In this document: positions 19,846-29,586 of the stretch, piece by piece | How positions within the stretch are numbered: the stretch's first letter is position 1 | How the letters are laid out: every line of letters starts with the position of its first letter | Made by a program: the position numbers and the translations under genes | Notes under the pieces: generated by a model | The model's input: the letters and a program-made list of their open reading frames with translations, nothing else | The model's database searches: none | What the model was told of the DNA's origin: nothing | Assembly (NCBI GenBank): GCA_052035095.1 | Contig: JBPOHW010000007.1 | Span: forward strand, 1,705 to 65,704 | Length of the DNA: 64,000 nucleotides | Source: Candidatus Moraniibacteriota bacterium | Lineage (GTDB): Bacteria > Patescibacteriota > Minisyncoccia > Moranbacterales > UBA1568 | Reading direction: 5' to 3'

Positions 19846-20598
19846 TTAGAATGTCGCCTGCTGACTTGCTCCACCAGTACCCAATGCTTGAGACTGGGAC
19901 GAAATCGAGCGAGACACAAAGTCTGCCAATTTCGCCAATTTTTGTGGCGTTGCGTCGCCGGCATCCACATATTGCGCGATGCCAGTTTCTCTTTGCCACC
20001 CTTCCAGTTCTCGACGACAAGAAGAAGCGTTTATTCCAACCAGGATCGTCACCAACGACTCAAGAATTTCTTCCTTCGTCGCAGTCTCGATCTGATCTCT
20101 CACGGCCTGGGTACTCATCATTGAAGCATTTTCGCCACCATCCGTGATAAGCACTCCGATGCCATTGACGGAGAAATCCTGATCCGTAAGCGTCTTGCCA
20201 TAGTCCTTCATAGCGCCGAATGCGGAATACGCGGCATCATTGAGCGGCGTCATACCGGTTGGGGAGAAATCCGGATACGCCACAGGATCAATATCCTTGA
20301 GCGCCTTAAATCCGTGAATCTCCCTGACATTCCCCGGAATCGTCGAGTTGAATTCGACGACCCGCACCAGTAGGTTATTCGCCCGAGGAGACTTTTTACA
20401 AGCATTAACAACCGCAACCACTGCCTTCCGTAACTCAGCCGCAAAAGCAAATGTCGAGCCCGTCGTATCCGCCGCGATCGTCGCAAGCGTGTACTCGGTC
20501 GCGCCGAGCTTTTCCACGCGAGCCGCCGTGAAATTGAAATTTCCACCACCGGTAATCCGATGGGACTGCATGTCATCATTCTGTGCCAAACGTGGCAT
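19846..20598 (-). CDS. von Willebrand factor A domain protein (TerY-like)
   Basis: MIDAS-like DTTGS, GMTPLNDA, LITDGGEN; SD GAGGTAA. Confidence 0.8.
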   Translation of the reverse strand: MPRLAQNDDMQSHRITGGGNFNFTAARVEKLGATEYTLATIAADTTGSTFAFAAELRKAVVAVVNACKKSPRANNLLVRVVEFNSTIPGNVREIHGFKALKDIDPVAYPDFSPTGMTPLNDAAYSAFGAMKDYGKTLTDQDFSVNGIGVLITDGGENASMMSTQAVRDQIETATKEEILESLVTILVGINASSCRRELEGWQRETGIAQYVDAGDATPQKLAKLADFVSRSISSQSQALGTGGASQQATF

Positions 20599-20697
20599 GG
20601 TCTTTACCTCTCGTTACAACAGTTTTGGAATGGTAGCCACAGATTGCTCCATGGCTACCTGTTTTCACAACAACATCTTCAACAGAGGTGAACGCCC

Positions 20698-21507
20698 TTA
20701 AAAGTCCGTAGACTTCATAAGACGCACGCCTTGCTTTTGTACATCCCTGAGCCACTGCTTGGCCATAGCCGGAAAATCCGGTCCGCCAGGCACCGCGCCC
20801 ACAGGACTCGCGCAGTCAGTCAATATCACCAACTTCGATACATCGCCGATATTTGCCATGACCTGATTGACCGTGGCCATCACACAGTGTGATAGCGCTT
20901 CACCACACAGCAAGACAGTGTCCACTGTCTGCAGAACACGAATCAACCCTGTATTGAGACCCGTTGTCGGATCATTGGGATCCGGCACCTCAGCTTCAAG
21001 ACCGCCGTAGTGTTCCGTCCATGGGTTTGACCCCTTGGTCACGTAATCTACGTTAGCAAACTCTTTGTGCTCCCACTCCTGAAGTGCGATCATCAGTCTT
21101 TCTTGAACACACCATCCCGGAGTGCCGATGAGGCAATGGGTCGGCCACACCATAATCTGGTACTTGCCGCCCGCCTCCAGAGCATGAGCATAGTCAATCA
21201 TGTACTGGCGACGAGAAGAATCCCGCGGAACCCAAACGCCATTCTCGATATCCTGCGCGGATATGAGCGTGAATGGATTTGGGTTTTTCCCTTGAGCATC
21301 TTCCCACATCGCCGCATGGCCAACATCAATCATCCGATGACTATCCATGGTGACATGAATATCATCGAATCGATGACCGGAGCGCCGAATCAAATCGGCA
21401 ACACGATCCATATCCGCATTTGCTCCCGTGACCGGAAGCGTCGCCCCCGGAATATCCATGAAGTCATTCTGGGGATCAATAACGAACAAATGTATCTTTT
21501 TGGCCAT
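20698..21507 (-). CDS. nicotinamidase/isochorismatase-family cysteine hydrolase
   Basis: VIDPQNDF, D.H..H, WPTHCLIGTPG, VTKG, GEALSHCV (Asp-Lys-Cys triad plus metal ligands). Confidence 0.88.
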   Translation of the reverse strand: MAKKIHLFVIDPQNDFMDIPGATLPVTGANADMDRVADLIRRSGHRFDDIHVTMDSHRMIDVGHAAMWEDAQGKNPNPFTLISAQDIENGVWVPRDSSRRQYMIDYAHALEAGGKYQIMVWPTHCLIGTPGWCVQERLMIALQEWEHKEFANVDYVTKGSNPWTEHYGGLEAEVPDPNDPTTGLNTGLIRVLQTVDTVLLCGEALSHCVMATVNQVMANIGDVSKLVILTDCASPVGAVPGGPDFPAMAKQWLRDVQKQGVRLMKSTDF

Positions 21508-21857
21508 TTCATCTACCTTCTTCAATTGTCAAGTTACTACATTTTCCTCGCCCCAACAAAAGGTTTTCCTTTCGTCGACAGAACCGAGGATACCACTCTC
21601 CTCAATCTTGAGCTTTCAGTCAAAAAACGAAAGCAGCCATTGAGAAGAGAAATTTACAACCGAATATTTCAGTTGCAAGCTTCTAAAACACTGAAAATGC
21701 TGCAAAACTTCGAGAACACTGCCGCCAACTGGGCATCAATATTATCACTAAGCGAGAAAGTCGCTTTCGCGATAACGAGAAAATTTATCATACTGACAAA
21801 AACTTGTCAAGCTCCCCGTGTCAAAAAACTGGATGAGGGAATTTTTCTCGTTTTCTC

Positions 21858-23861
21858 TCACTTCTTTTTCTTCCCTTTCTTTTTTTCTTTTTTCTTCTCC
21901 TTTTTGTCCGGTTTCTCCTCATCCGGAATATTTTTTCCGAAACGACTCGCGAGCGCGTAAATATCGGTCGGCGACGAAGCATACGGAGTAAAGACCGTTT
22001 TCGGATATCGGTCGAGCACGCGATCAAGAAAATCTCGCCAGAGAGGCGCCGCGACATAGACGCCGTCCGCGCCGTATCGAAGCGGCGTATTATCATTGTT
22101 CCCCGCCCACACAGAAACGGCGAGATGGGGAGTATACCCCACCGTCCATGCGTCGTGGAAGTCTTGAGTCGTCCCCGTCTTCGCGGCGACTCGACCTCGA
22201 GGGAACGCGAGCGGACCGCCTCGTCCGAATATGGGCGCGCGAAAATCATCATCCGAAAGCATCGTATTAATGCGTCGCGCAACTTCCGGAGAGAGCACTC
22301 GCGTCTCCTCAACAGTCGGCGTTTCCCGAAACGATCCATCGGCATTTTCAACCGAGAGCACGAATCGAGGCGTGCGGCGCACACCCTCCGAGGCAAACAC
22401 GGAAAACGCGCTCGCCATATCAAGCGGCAACACTTCCGCCCCGCCCAAAACAAGCGCGAGTCCATAGGGTCGCCCATCATCCAAAGTCGAGATGCCGAGA
22501 CGCTTCGCCAATTCAATCACATCAGAAACACCGGAAACGGCAAGTGTCTGTACGGCGGGAATATTCAAGGACTGCGGAAGTGCCTCTTTCATCGGAAGCG
22601 CTCCGCGATACTTGCCGTCGTAATCCTTCGGAATATAGTCGCGCCCCGTCCCGTCAGGACCGAAGTTGGTCGGCACATCATAAACGAGCGTTTCCGGCTG
22701 ATACCCTTCTTCAAACGCGCGTGCGTACGCAAACGGTTTAAAGGCCGAGCCCGGCTGGCGCGGACGAAGTGTCACATTCACTTTTCCATCAATATCCGCA
22801 TCAAAATAATCGCGGCTCCCCACCATCGCAAGCACATCGCCCGTCGAGACATCGACCGCGACGAGCGCTGCGTTCTCGGCGCCATACGAAGCATTGCGCT
22901 GAACCCCGTTTCGAACCGCCACCTCCGCCGCCTCCTGAAAATCAAGATCCAGCGTCGTCCGAATGGAGAGTCCCCGCGTCTCGAGAAAATCCCGTCCATG
23001 ATACTTTTCCAAGGCATCGATCACTGCAAACACAAAATGCGGCGCGCGAATCGGCGCCTCAATCGGGCGAATTTTCGCGAGCGTATTTTCGCTCCGCGCG
23101 AGTTCGACCTCGTACGGCGTCGCCACTCCGTCCTCCACCATACGGGAGAGAATCATCAACTGCCGGGCGCGAAGTTCCTTCCGATGCGATCCATACGGCG
23201 AGTAATACGTCGTCGCTCGCGGAAGCGCGGAAAGAAGCGCTGCCTCATCGAGCGAGAGTTCGCGCGCGCGCTTTCCAAAAAAAACTTTCGCCGCGCGTTC
23301 GATACCGTACGCATTCGAACCGTACGGAACGATATTGAGATACAGATCGAGAATTTCATCTTTCGTGTAGGCGCGCTCGATTTTTATAGCGAGTATCGCC
23401 TCGCGAATTTTTCGCGTATAAGTTTTTTCATTCGAGAGAAACACGATACGGGCAAGCTGCTGCGTAATAGTTGAGGCGCCTTGTTCGATAGAACCGCTCT
23501 CAACATTGACCCGAGCCGCACGAAGAATTGAAAAGAAATCAACGCCGATATGCCGAAAAAACGACCGGTCCTCCGCGGCAACTGTCGCCCGACGAACACC
23601 ATCCGGAATATCCTCATGCCCGATCACCGTGCGATTTTCTTCTCCGTGAAGCTCATAGAGTAAGACCGTTCCCGTCCGATCATAGATACCCGATGTTTCC
23701 GAAAGCCTCCGATTGAGAAGTTGCGTAATATCCGTCGTATCGGAAAAATAGAGTGCGAAAAAACCAAGCATCACTCCGATACCGATACAAAAAATCCAAT
23801 ACGCGCTCTCCCACACGCATGAAAAAAGAATCGTCACACATCGTTTCCCCCACACATTCAT
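21858..23861 (-). CDS. class A penicillin-binding protein (PBP1A family)
   Basis: GT51 motifs AAEDRSFFRHIGVD, QGASTITQQL, RKIRE; transpeptidase SAFK, SLN, KTGT. Confidence 0.95.
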   Translation of the reverse strand: MNVWGKRCVTILFSCVWESAYWIFCIGIGVMLGFFALYFSDTTDITQLLNRRLSETSGIYDRTGTVLLYELHGEENRTVIGHEDIPDGVRRATVAAEDRSFFRHIGVDFFSILRAARVNVESGSIEQGASTITQQLARIVFLSNEKTYTRKIREAILAIKIERAYTKDEILDLYLNIVPYGSNAYGIERAAKVFFGKRARELSLDEAALLSALPRATTYYSPYGSHRKELRARQLMILSRMVEDGVATPYEVELARSENTLAKIRPIEAPIRAPHFVFAVIDALEKYHGRDFLETRGLSIRTTLDLDFQEAAEVAVRNGVQRNASYGAENAALVAVDVSTGDVLAMVGSRDYFDADIDGKVNVTLRPRQPGSAFKPFAYARAFEEGYQPETLVYDVPTNFGPDGTGRDYIPKDYDGKYRGALPMKEALPQSLNIPAVQTLAVSGVSDVIELAKRLGISTLDDGRPYGLALVLGGAEVLPLDMASAFSVFASEGVRRTPRFVLSVENADGSFRETPTVEETRVLSPEVARRINTMLSDDDFRAPIFGRGGPLAFPRGRVAAKTGTTQDFHDAWTVGYTPHLAVSVWAGNNDNTPLRYGADGVYVAAPLWRDFLDRVLDRYPKTVFTPYASSPTDIYALASRFGKNIPDEEKPDKKEKKKEKKKGKKKK

Positions 23862-23954
23862 ACGGAATCACCTGGAATAAAGAATCATAACCGACTTCCA
23901 AACAGCCCTGCATCCAGAATTTCAGTATAGAAACTTTCGGCCTCGACGGAAAGA

Positions 23955-24036
23955 TTGACGCGAAGCGAGTTTTGATGTATACTGGTCTTGTTGGAAGGTA
24001 CGGAACGGGTGAGGCCGAAAGGTCGCGCCCGTTTTT
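23955..24036 (+). promoter_or_regulatory. sigma70 promoter plus GNRA leader hairpin with U-tract
   Basis: TTGACG (23955), 17 bp spacer, TATACT (23978); AACGGGTG-A-GGCC-GAAA-GGTC-G-CGCCCGTTTTT. Confidence 0.6.
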
Positions 24037-24069
24037 GTGTCTTCTTCTTAATTCGTAAGTTCACGCGTT

Positions 24070-24252
24070 ATGGACAATGAAATGCGTGAAGGTGATGGTA
24101 CTACCTGCACCCACGAAGGTGGCTGCCAGTGTACTGCCCCACAAGAGGCAGAGGGTCAAGAGGGACCGCACGAGGAAATTACACTCGCGTTTCTCCTTGC
24201 ACTGATGCCCTTGGTCGTCCTCACCTTCTTCGGACAAGTCGGCCTCATATAA
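24070..24252 (+). CDS. small protein with Cys/His N-terminus and C-terminal TM helix
   Basis: Has its own promoter and terminator (24285-24316); CTHEGGCQC and LAFLLALMPLVVLTFFGQVGLI. Confidence 0.65.
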   Translation: MDNEMREGDGTTCTHEGGCQCTAPQEAEGQEGPHEEITLAFLLALMPLVVLTFFGQVGLI

Positions 24253-24326
24253 TACACGGTCGACTCGTCCCCCTTTTCCCCTTGCAAAAAATCTCCCCGA
24301 AAGAGGAGATTTTTTGTTTGACACTC

Positions 24327-24449
24327 GTCATCCCCGAGAAATCGGGGATCCAGGTTCCACCAGCTTCCAGGAGGCGCGTTACAAATTTCATTCGTGGGGC
24401 GATTGTGTTTGATAAGTAGTGACTGGATTTCCGCCTTCGTGGGAATGAC
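24327..24449. repeat. GTCAT...ATGAC palindromic element (REP/RPE-like)
   Basis: GTCATCCCCGAGAAATCGGGGATCCAG...CTGGATTTCCGCCTTCGTGGGAATGAC. Confidence 0.7.
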
Positions 24450-24468
24450 AGAAAAGAAAGTTTTATTT

Positions 24469-26205
24469 CTAAAGCGCCGGCTGTTCCGGTGACGAAGAAG
24501 TGGAGGGAGGCGCGCTCACAGAAACCGGTTCAGGAGAAGAGTTAACCTCAGGCGCCACCACCTCTATCGTCTTATTCTTTGTCTCCTCTCCAAACCACGC
24601 CTGCCCCTCGCGAAGCATACGCCACTGAAATTCGTACTTCCCCGGCTTCTCGGGGGCGGTCACCGTGAAGCTCAGGGTGATCTTTTTCTTTGGCTCGACG
24701 GTATTCCCGGGAAAAATAAAGACTCGCCCACCCCACGTGGCATTGTCCTGCGGATTTTGAGATCCCAATCGATATCCCTTCTCATCCGACCACACGGTTG
24801 TTCCGGTGTTCTTCATCGTGACGGATACGTCGTATTTTTGACCGGCAATCATTCGTTCCGGCACCTCTTGCTCGTCAAAGTTCGCATCGTCTCGTTCTTC
24901 TTTCTTCCCGCCTTCCGAAATAGAGTCATCAGAATCGAGTGGCACGCCCCGGAGCGAAACGATGTTTTCCGTCCCCTCTCCGGAAATCGCCGACTGTCGC
25001 AAGAGTCCATTCATCACATCTTCATCTTTGCACGAGTAGCGATTGTCCGGGGAATAGAAACTTTTCTTGGCGCCATAACACCCATCATTCTTATCGTAGA
25101 GCGTCGCCAAAAACGGAAAGAGGAATCCGGTTTTTCCCTCCGCCGTATTGAATTTTTCATGAAGTTTCCGGAGCGCTTTCGCGCGATCCTCCCGATCCAT
25201 CTTGGCAAAAACCGCCATATCATCGCCCTTGATACCGCTCCAATCAAGGTGAAGCAGCACCATATTCGCGTGTTCGGAATACTTTTCGTGCCAGAGAAGC
25301 GCCCAACACCATCCCTCGTATCGCGACGCGCACGGTTTTTCCTCAATATCGCCATCGCGCTTGATACCGACACCGCCCTCGATATAGTCAAAAAGTTGAA
25401 GATACTTCTTACTCGTAATCGTATTGGTCTGCGCGCCGATCGCGATTTTCATCCGCCGCTCCGACGCGTAGCGACGCATATCGGCGAGAATATCAGCCGC
25501 TTCCGTTCGATCGGCATCCTGAAACGCGATTTGTCCAAAGAGAAAACTTCGCACCCCCATATCCATCGCCTTTCGCGTCACATCTCGCACATACGCCCGG
25601 TAGTCGTCGCTTTCAAAAGACGCCTTGCAGGTGTTCTTCCCCCAGAAACCGGCGCTTTCCGGCCGGCACATATCGGAGAATTTCAAGACGCGATTTTCGA
25701 GCGACGAGTAATACTCTGCTTCCGTATTGAGCGCCTCGGAAATAAACATACCGTAGACGACATTCGGCTTGGTAACGAGTTGTTGTACGCGGCGAGCGAG
25801 CTCGAAATCCGGAGGATTGAGCCATGACTCGACCGCGCGATGAAGATACAGGCACTCGGAGCGATTGATAAGTTCAACTGACGCCTTTGTATCACCGCCA
25901 TAGCCGGAGAGGAGCCCATCGGCGACACAGCCGCGCCGACGCATCACCTCGAGAAGCCCGGTCGGACGCTCGACGCTCGCTCCGGACTCGGACTCGATAT
26001 CAAGAGACACCAGCCAGATGAGACCTATAATGATACCCGAAACAAAAGCGAGAAGCAGTGTCCCCTTCCATGTCTTCACCTTGATCCGCTTCATGGAAAT
26101 GTAAGTGCGCCCCCACCAACTATGCACCTCTCGGGCGACCATATCGATTTCCCGCACCCGCGGTTCTCGGTCTTCATCGGTAAATTTTGGCACTTGGTCC
26201 ATCAT
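24469..26205 (-). CDS. membrane-anchored protein with C-terminal NBR1-Ig-like domain
   Basis: One TM; C-terminal MKNTGTTVWS..YRLG..F.VTAP..PG.Y.FQWRM..WFGE. Confidence 0.7.
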   Translation of the reverse strand: MMDQVPKFTDEDREPRVREIDMVAREVHSWWGRTYISMKRIKVKTWKGTLLLAFVSGIIIGLIWLVSLDIESESGASVERPTGLLEVMRRRGCVADGLLSGYGGDTKASVELINRSECLYLHRAVESWLNPPDFELARRVQQLVTKPNVVYGMFISEALNTEAEYYSSLENRVLKFSDMCRPESAGFWGKNTCKASFESDDYRAYVRDVTRKAMDMGVRSFLFGQIAFQDADRTEAADILADMRRYASERRMKIAIGAQTNTITSKKYLQLFDYIEGGVGIKRDGDIEEKPCASRYEGWCWALLWHEKYSEHANMVLLHLDWSGIKGDDMAVFAKMDREDRAKALRKLHEKFNTAEGKTGFLFPFLATLYDKNDGCYGAKKSFYSPDNRYSCKDEDVMNGLLRQSAISGEGTENIVSLRGVPLDSDDSISEGGKKEERDDANFDEQEVPERMIAGQKYDVSVTMKNTGTTVWSDEKGYRLGSQNPQDNATWGGRVFIFPGNTVEPKKKITLSFTVTAPEKPGKYEFQWRMLREGQAWFGEETKNKTIEVVAPEVNSSPEPVSVSAPPSTSSSPEQPAL

Positions 26206-26314
26206 ACTATCACTATAACAGAAAACGACATTCGATAAAATCGAAGTGGATTTTCAATGACCAATTTTCAATTTCCAATATAAATCGAATCAAACGGACT
26301 TCCTTGAAAATTGA

Positions 26315-26899
26315 TCATTGATCATTGGACATTTTGCTCACATAGTACCCGACATCCGCCACCCACTTCTCCTCCGACGAATCAAGTGGCGTCCCGAGAA
26401 AGCCGCGTTTCCACACCACCAGTTTTCGCGGCGTATCGAGCCCCTGATCGAGAAGTTCCCGAAGACGCGCAGAAACCGTCATAACCGCCTCTCCGGGCGA
26501 GGCGAAACAGCTGTATCCCGAATCGGTCGTATCTTCAGAGCCGCGATACCCCCAATAATTGAAACAATTTTTCCCGTTTTTCTGCGGCGAAAATTTCCCC
26601 CAATTGCTTTCTTTCTTCGCGATCGCAACCAGGTACGTCGCCACTCGTTGATCGCGCGTCGCGATATACGGCACCATCCGCTCAATCGGATGCCCCGCAA
26701 CCAAAGCCTGAATCCTCATCTCAAAAGCGCTTTTCGATGATAAGGGGGATTTCATTTCATCATTCGCCCGCTTGCCGAATGATACCAAAAAAAATGTCAC
26801 CGCAAGCGCCGTTGCGAATACGAGTGCGAGCAGCAAAAGGTTTCGATCGGAACGCCGAAACCATCGAGAGTAGAGAAAGTTCTGTTTTGTTTTTGTCAT
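26315..26899 (-). CDS. membrane-anchored lysozyme/glucosaminidase-like protein
   Basis: TM, then YLVAIAKKESNWGK..CFNYWGY..GYSCF (catalytic Glu-Ser motif). Confidence 0.6.
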   Translation of the reverse strand: MTKTKQNFLYSRWFRRSDRNLLLLALVFATALAVTFFLVSFGKRANDEMKSPLSSKSAFEMRIQALVAGHPIERMVPYIATRDQRVATYLVAIAKKESNWGKFSPQKNGKNCFNYWGYRGSEDTTDSGYSCFASPGEAVMTVSARLRELLDQGLDTPRKLVVWKRGFLGTPLDSSEEKWVADVGYYVSKMSNDQ

Positions 26900-26957
26900 A
26901 CCCTCACAAAGAAAAGGCGGGCACGTGCCCGCTCATTTCCGCCATACTAAACGCTAG

Positions 26958-27029
26958 AGCGGGCGACCGGAGTCGAACCGGCGTCCTCAGCTTGGAAGGC
27001 TAATATAATGGCCGTTATACGACGCCCGC
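26958..27029 (-). tRNA. tRNA-Gly(TCC), CCA not encoded
   Basis: GCGGGCG/CGCCCGC stem, loop CTTCCAA, GTTCGACTC. Confidence 0.95.
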
Positions 27030-27627
27030 GCTCCCCGAGACGAAACAGCTCCAGTATACCGCCACAAAAACACTTCTGTAAAGCAGTGAAGCAAGTCATC
27101 CGAAAATCCGATTTTCCCTCTCATCGATTTAGCAGACGACCATATATGAAAAGTGGTAGCGCTCATATCAAACAAGAGAACTGGACATATAGAAGAAGAC
27201 TTGCAGAATAAAGTCGGTCGGATACAAAGGAAAAGCGGATCATGTTGAGTGAATAATTTGTACCGAAAAAAGCGGAGACTCTGCAAAAATTTCTTTCTTC
27301 CAAGCAAAAAAATCCTTAAGGAGAAGCGAAACGAAAAAATTGTAACAGCGATATATATGCTCCATCAGAGACTCAGGAATGTGAAGGTTTTTCCAGAAAG
27401 AAAAGAAGGGCTCTGGCGATCGTACAAATCGTTGAATCCAACATGGTTCAAGTGGTCTATTGAGAAAAAACTCAAGGCATTGTACTGCGACTACTCACGT
27501 AGAGTACGAATTTTTTCAAAAAATCGCGAGCAACAACCAAACCATTAGATTCTTAAATGATTTACTGAGAAAGCTTGACATGGGAACGTGAATCAGGAAT
27601 CGAGCAGAAAAATGTAGAGAAGTGTTT

Positions 27628-28347
27628 TCACAACCCCACAAACGGATCCTGCTTGATATTTTCCTTTTCAATACCGAATCCGGCAAGTATACTCTCCATC
27701 GCTTTGGTAAATCCGGGCGTGCCCACAAGGTAATACAGTGGCGTATGCACGTCAGGAAGGTACTTCACAAGCATATCCGCCGTGATAAATCCCCGTTCTC
27801 CGTCCCACGATTGGCGAGATGTTTCCATATTCGTCATCGTAAGTACGCTTTTCAGTCGAATATTCGGAAACCCGTCAGTCATTTCCGAAAGAAACGCAGT
27901 ATCCTCGGGACGGTAGTTGGAATAGAAGAGAAAAAACTCGCGCCTATCGCCTTCGTGACTCGCCTGCCGCAGAATACTCCGCGCCGGCGTTATCCCGATG
28001 CCGCCCGTCAAAAACACCACCGGACGCGCGTCATTCGGAAAAAGCGTAAAGTGCCCAATCGGCGCCCCGACAATCATCCCATCTCCCGTTTTCAATCCGA
28101 CAACCGTTTGTTTATAGCCGGTCTCCGAAATTCGCATTGCAAAAAGAAGATGGTCATCCGAGGGCGCCGACGCGATCGACATACACCGATTGGGGCCTTT
28201 CGCATCTTCCACAACGAGCTTTGGCACGGTAAGAACACAATATTCCCCGGCGGTAAAAACAAAATCGTTCGGCTTTTCCAATTTGAGGACAAGTGTTTGT
28301 TCCGCCACTTCGAACGTCTCCAACACTTTTACGGAAAATGTTTTCAT
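27628..28347 (-). CDS. ferredoxin-NADP reductase-like FAD/NAD(P) oxidoreductase
   Basis: FTAGEY, RCMSIASAP, TGGIGITP, YLVGTP. Confidence 0.9.
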   Translation of the reverse strand: MKTFSVKVLETFEVAEQTLVLKLEKPNDFVFTAGEYCVLTVPKLVVEDAKGPNRCMSIASAPSDDHLLFAMRISETGYKQTVVGLKTGDGMIVGAPIGHFTLFPNDARPVVFLTGGIGITPARSILRQASHEGDRREFFLFYSNYRPEDTAFLSEMTDGFPNIRLKSVLTMTNMETSRQSWDGERGFITADMLVKYLPDVHTPLYYLVGTPGFTKAMESILAGFGIEKENIKQDPFVGL

Positions 28348-28384
28348 AGAGCATAATAAAAAAGACTCTCGGACAATGACACTG

Positions 28385-28455
28385 TCGGGATGCCGGGAAT
28401 TGAACCCGGTCTACCTGCTCCCAAAGCAGGCGTACTACCGGTATACGACATCCCG
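28385..28455 (-). tRNA. tRNA-Pro(TGG), CCA not encoded
   Basis: CGGGATG/CATCCCG stem, loop TTTGGGA, GTTCAATTC. Confidence 0.95.
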
Positions 28456-28638
28456 ACAGCATCATCGTCTCCAAGGCGCGCGTACTTTCCGGCACTACCA
28501 CGACCCGAAACATCTCCAGAGTAGCACGGGAAAACTCCCATTGTCCAACCAATTTTTGACAAAAAATCCTCACATGCTACAAGTAAAAACACTCGTTCTC
28601 TTTCTGTTCTTTACCAACACGGAAAAAGGAGACATTCC

Positions 28639-28954
28639 TATGGGCGCTGGTCCAAAAATATTCCTTCTCCCGCTACAAAAACCGCGGAAAAAGAGCTCCC
28701 CTCTCAAGAAACTCCAAGAGTGGAGAAAAAAGAATATAGGATTCATTCGAGCCAAACACCCGATAACCCAAAAAGTGGGATTCTGGGAAATAGACAACCG
28801 GGGGTGGTCATTGGAATACACACTCTTCGTCGGAGAAATCGACACGCAAGAAAAATCCGTGCAACTCCTCAACTTTCGCAGAGAAATAGTGGGGAAAATT
28901 TCCTACACGGATATAGAGATCATATCCGGAACACTCTTTCTTCGAGAAACCTAA
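28639..28954 (+). CDS. hypothetical protein
   Basis: SD AAGGAG before MGAGPK; followed by a bidirectional terminator at ~28998-29031. Confidence 0.5.
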
Positions 28955-29047
28955 TACTCTCGCCAAAACAGGTGGGAGTATTTTTCTTTTTCCCCCAAAA
29001 CAAAATCCCCCCAATCGGGGGGATTTTGTTTCTATCTTTTGTTTTCT

Positions 29048-29332
29048 CTACTTCACTGAATCCTTGAGGGTCTTTCCGGCCGTAAATTTCGGAACCGTCA
29101 TCGCCGGAATATTGATCTTTGCCTTCGTCTGCGGGTTAATACCCACGCGAGCGGCGCGCTTCGAAATTCGGAAGGTACCGAATCCCGTTACCGTTACTTT
29201 GTTTCCCGCGCGCAATTCCGCCGTCACCACATCCACAAATGCCTCGATGACCGCACTCACATCTCGCTTCGAGAGATCCGTCTTCTCAACGATCGCGTGC
29301 GTCAGCATATCCTTGTTGATATTCTTCGCCAT
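29048..29332 (-). CDS. hup: DNA-binding protein HU
   Basis: VTVTGFGTF..RAARVGINPQT..IPA..VPKFTAGKTLKD; SD GGAG. Confidence 0.95.
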   Translation of the reverse strand: MAKNINKDMLTHAIVEKTDLSKRDVSAVIEAFVDVVTAELRAGNKVTVTGFGTFRISKRAARVGINPQTKAKINIPAMTVPKFTAGKTLKDSVK

Positions 29333-29464
29333 AGTCTCCACCTGCCTTTCTAGATTGTCCCGGCGCAAAAATTTCCTTCTTCGCCCGAGATTTCATTTTA
29401 TGCCTCATCATTCTAGCCTCTCCATAAAAAGAAAGCAAATGCACAAAAGTTTTTTCATACTACC

Positions 29465-29585
29465 GAAACGTGCATATTTGAGCACAGTTCGAGGCGCAAA
29501 CGAGGAACAGAGTAAGCTGTATGTAAACATACAGTGTCGAGTACCGGAATTTGCAGCGAAGAAATGTGCCAAATATGCGCGTTTC
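29465..29585. repeat. rod-like hairpin family C, copy 2
   Basis: Arms GAAACGTGCATATTTG / CAAATATGCGCGTTTC; CAGTTCGAGG, TGTATGTAAACATACA, CGAAGAAATG; ends 1 nt from the rny stop. Confidence 0.75.
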
Positions 29586-29586
29586 T

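Noticed and set aside
27030-27620. Integrated element beside tRNA-Gly(TCC)
   Set aside because: AT-rich with a weak ORF (27249-27548), but it lies on the tRNA 5' side with no att duplication or integrase.
28382-28459. Extended pairing of the tRNA-Pro(TGG) flanks (CTGT/ACAG)
   Set aside because: Only about 4 extra base pairs; compatible with chance or an ordinary precursor stem.
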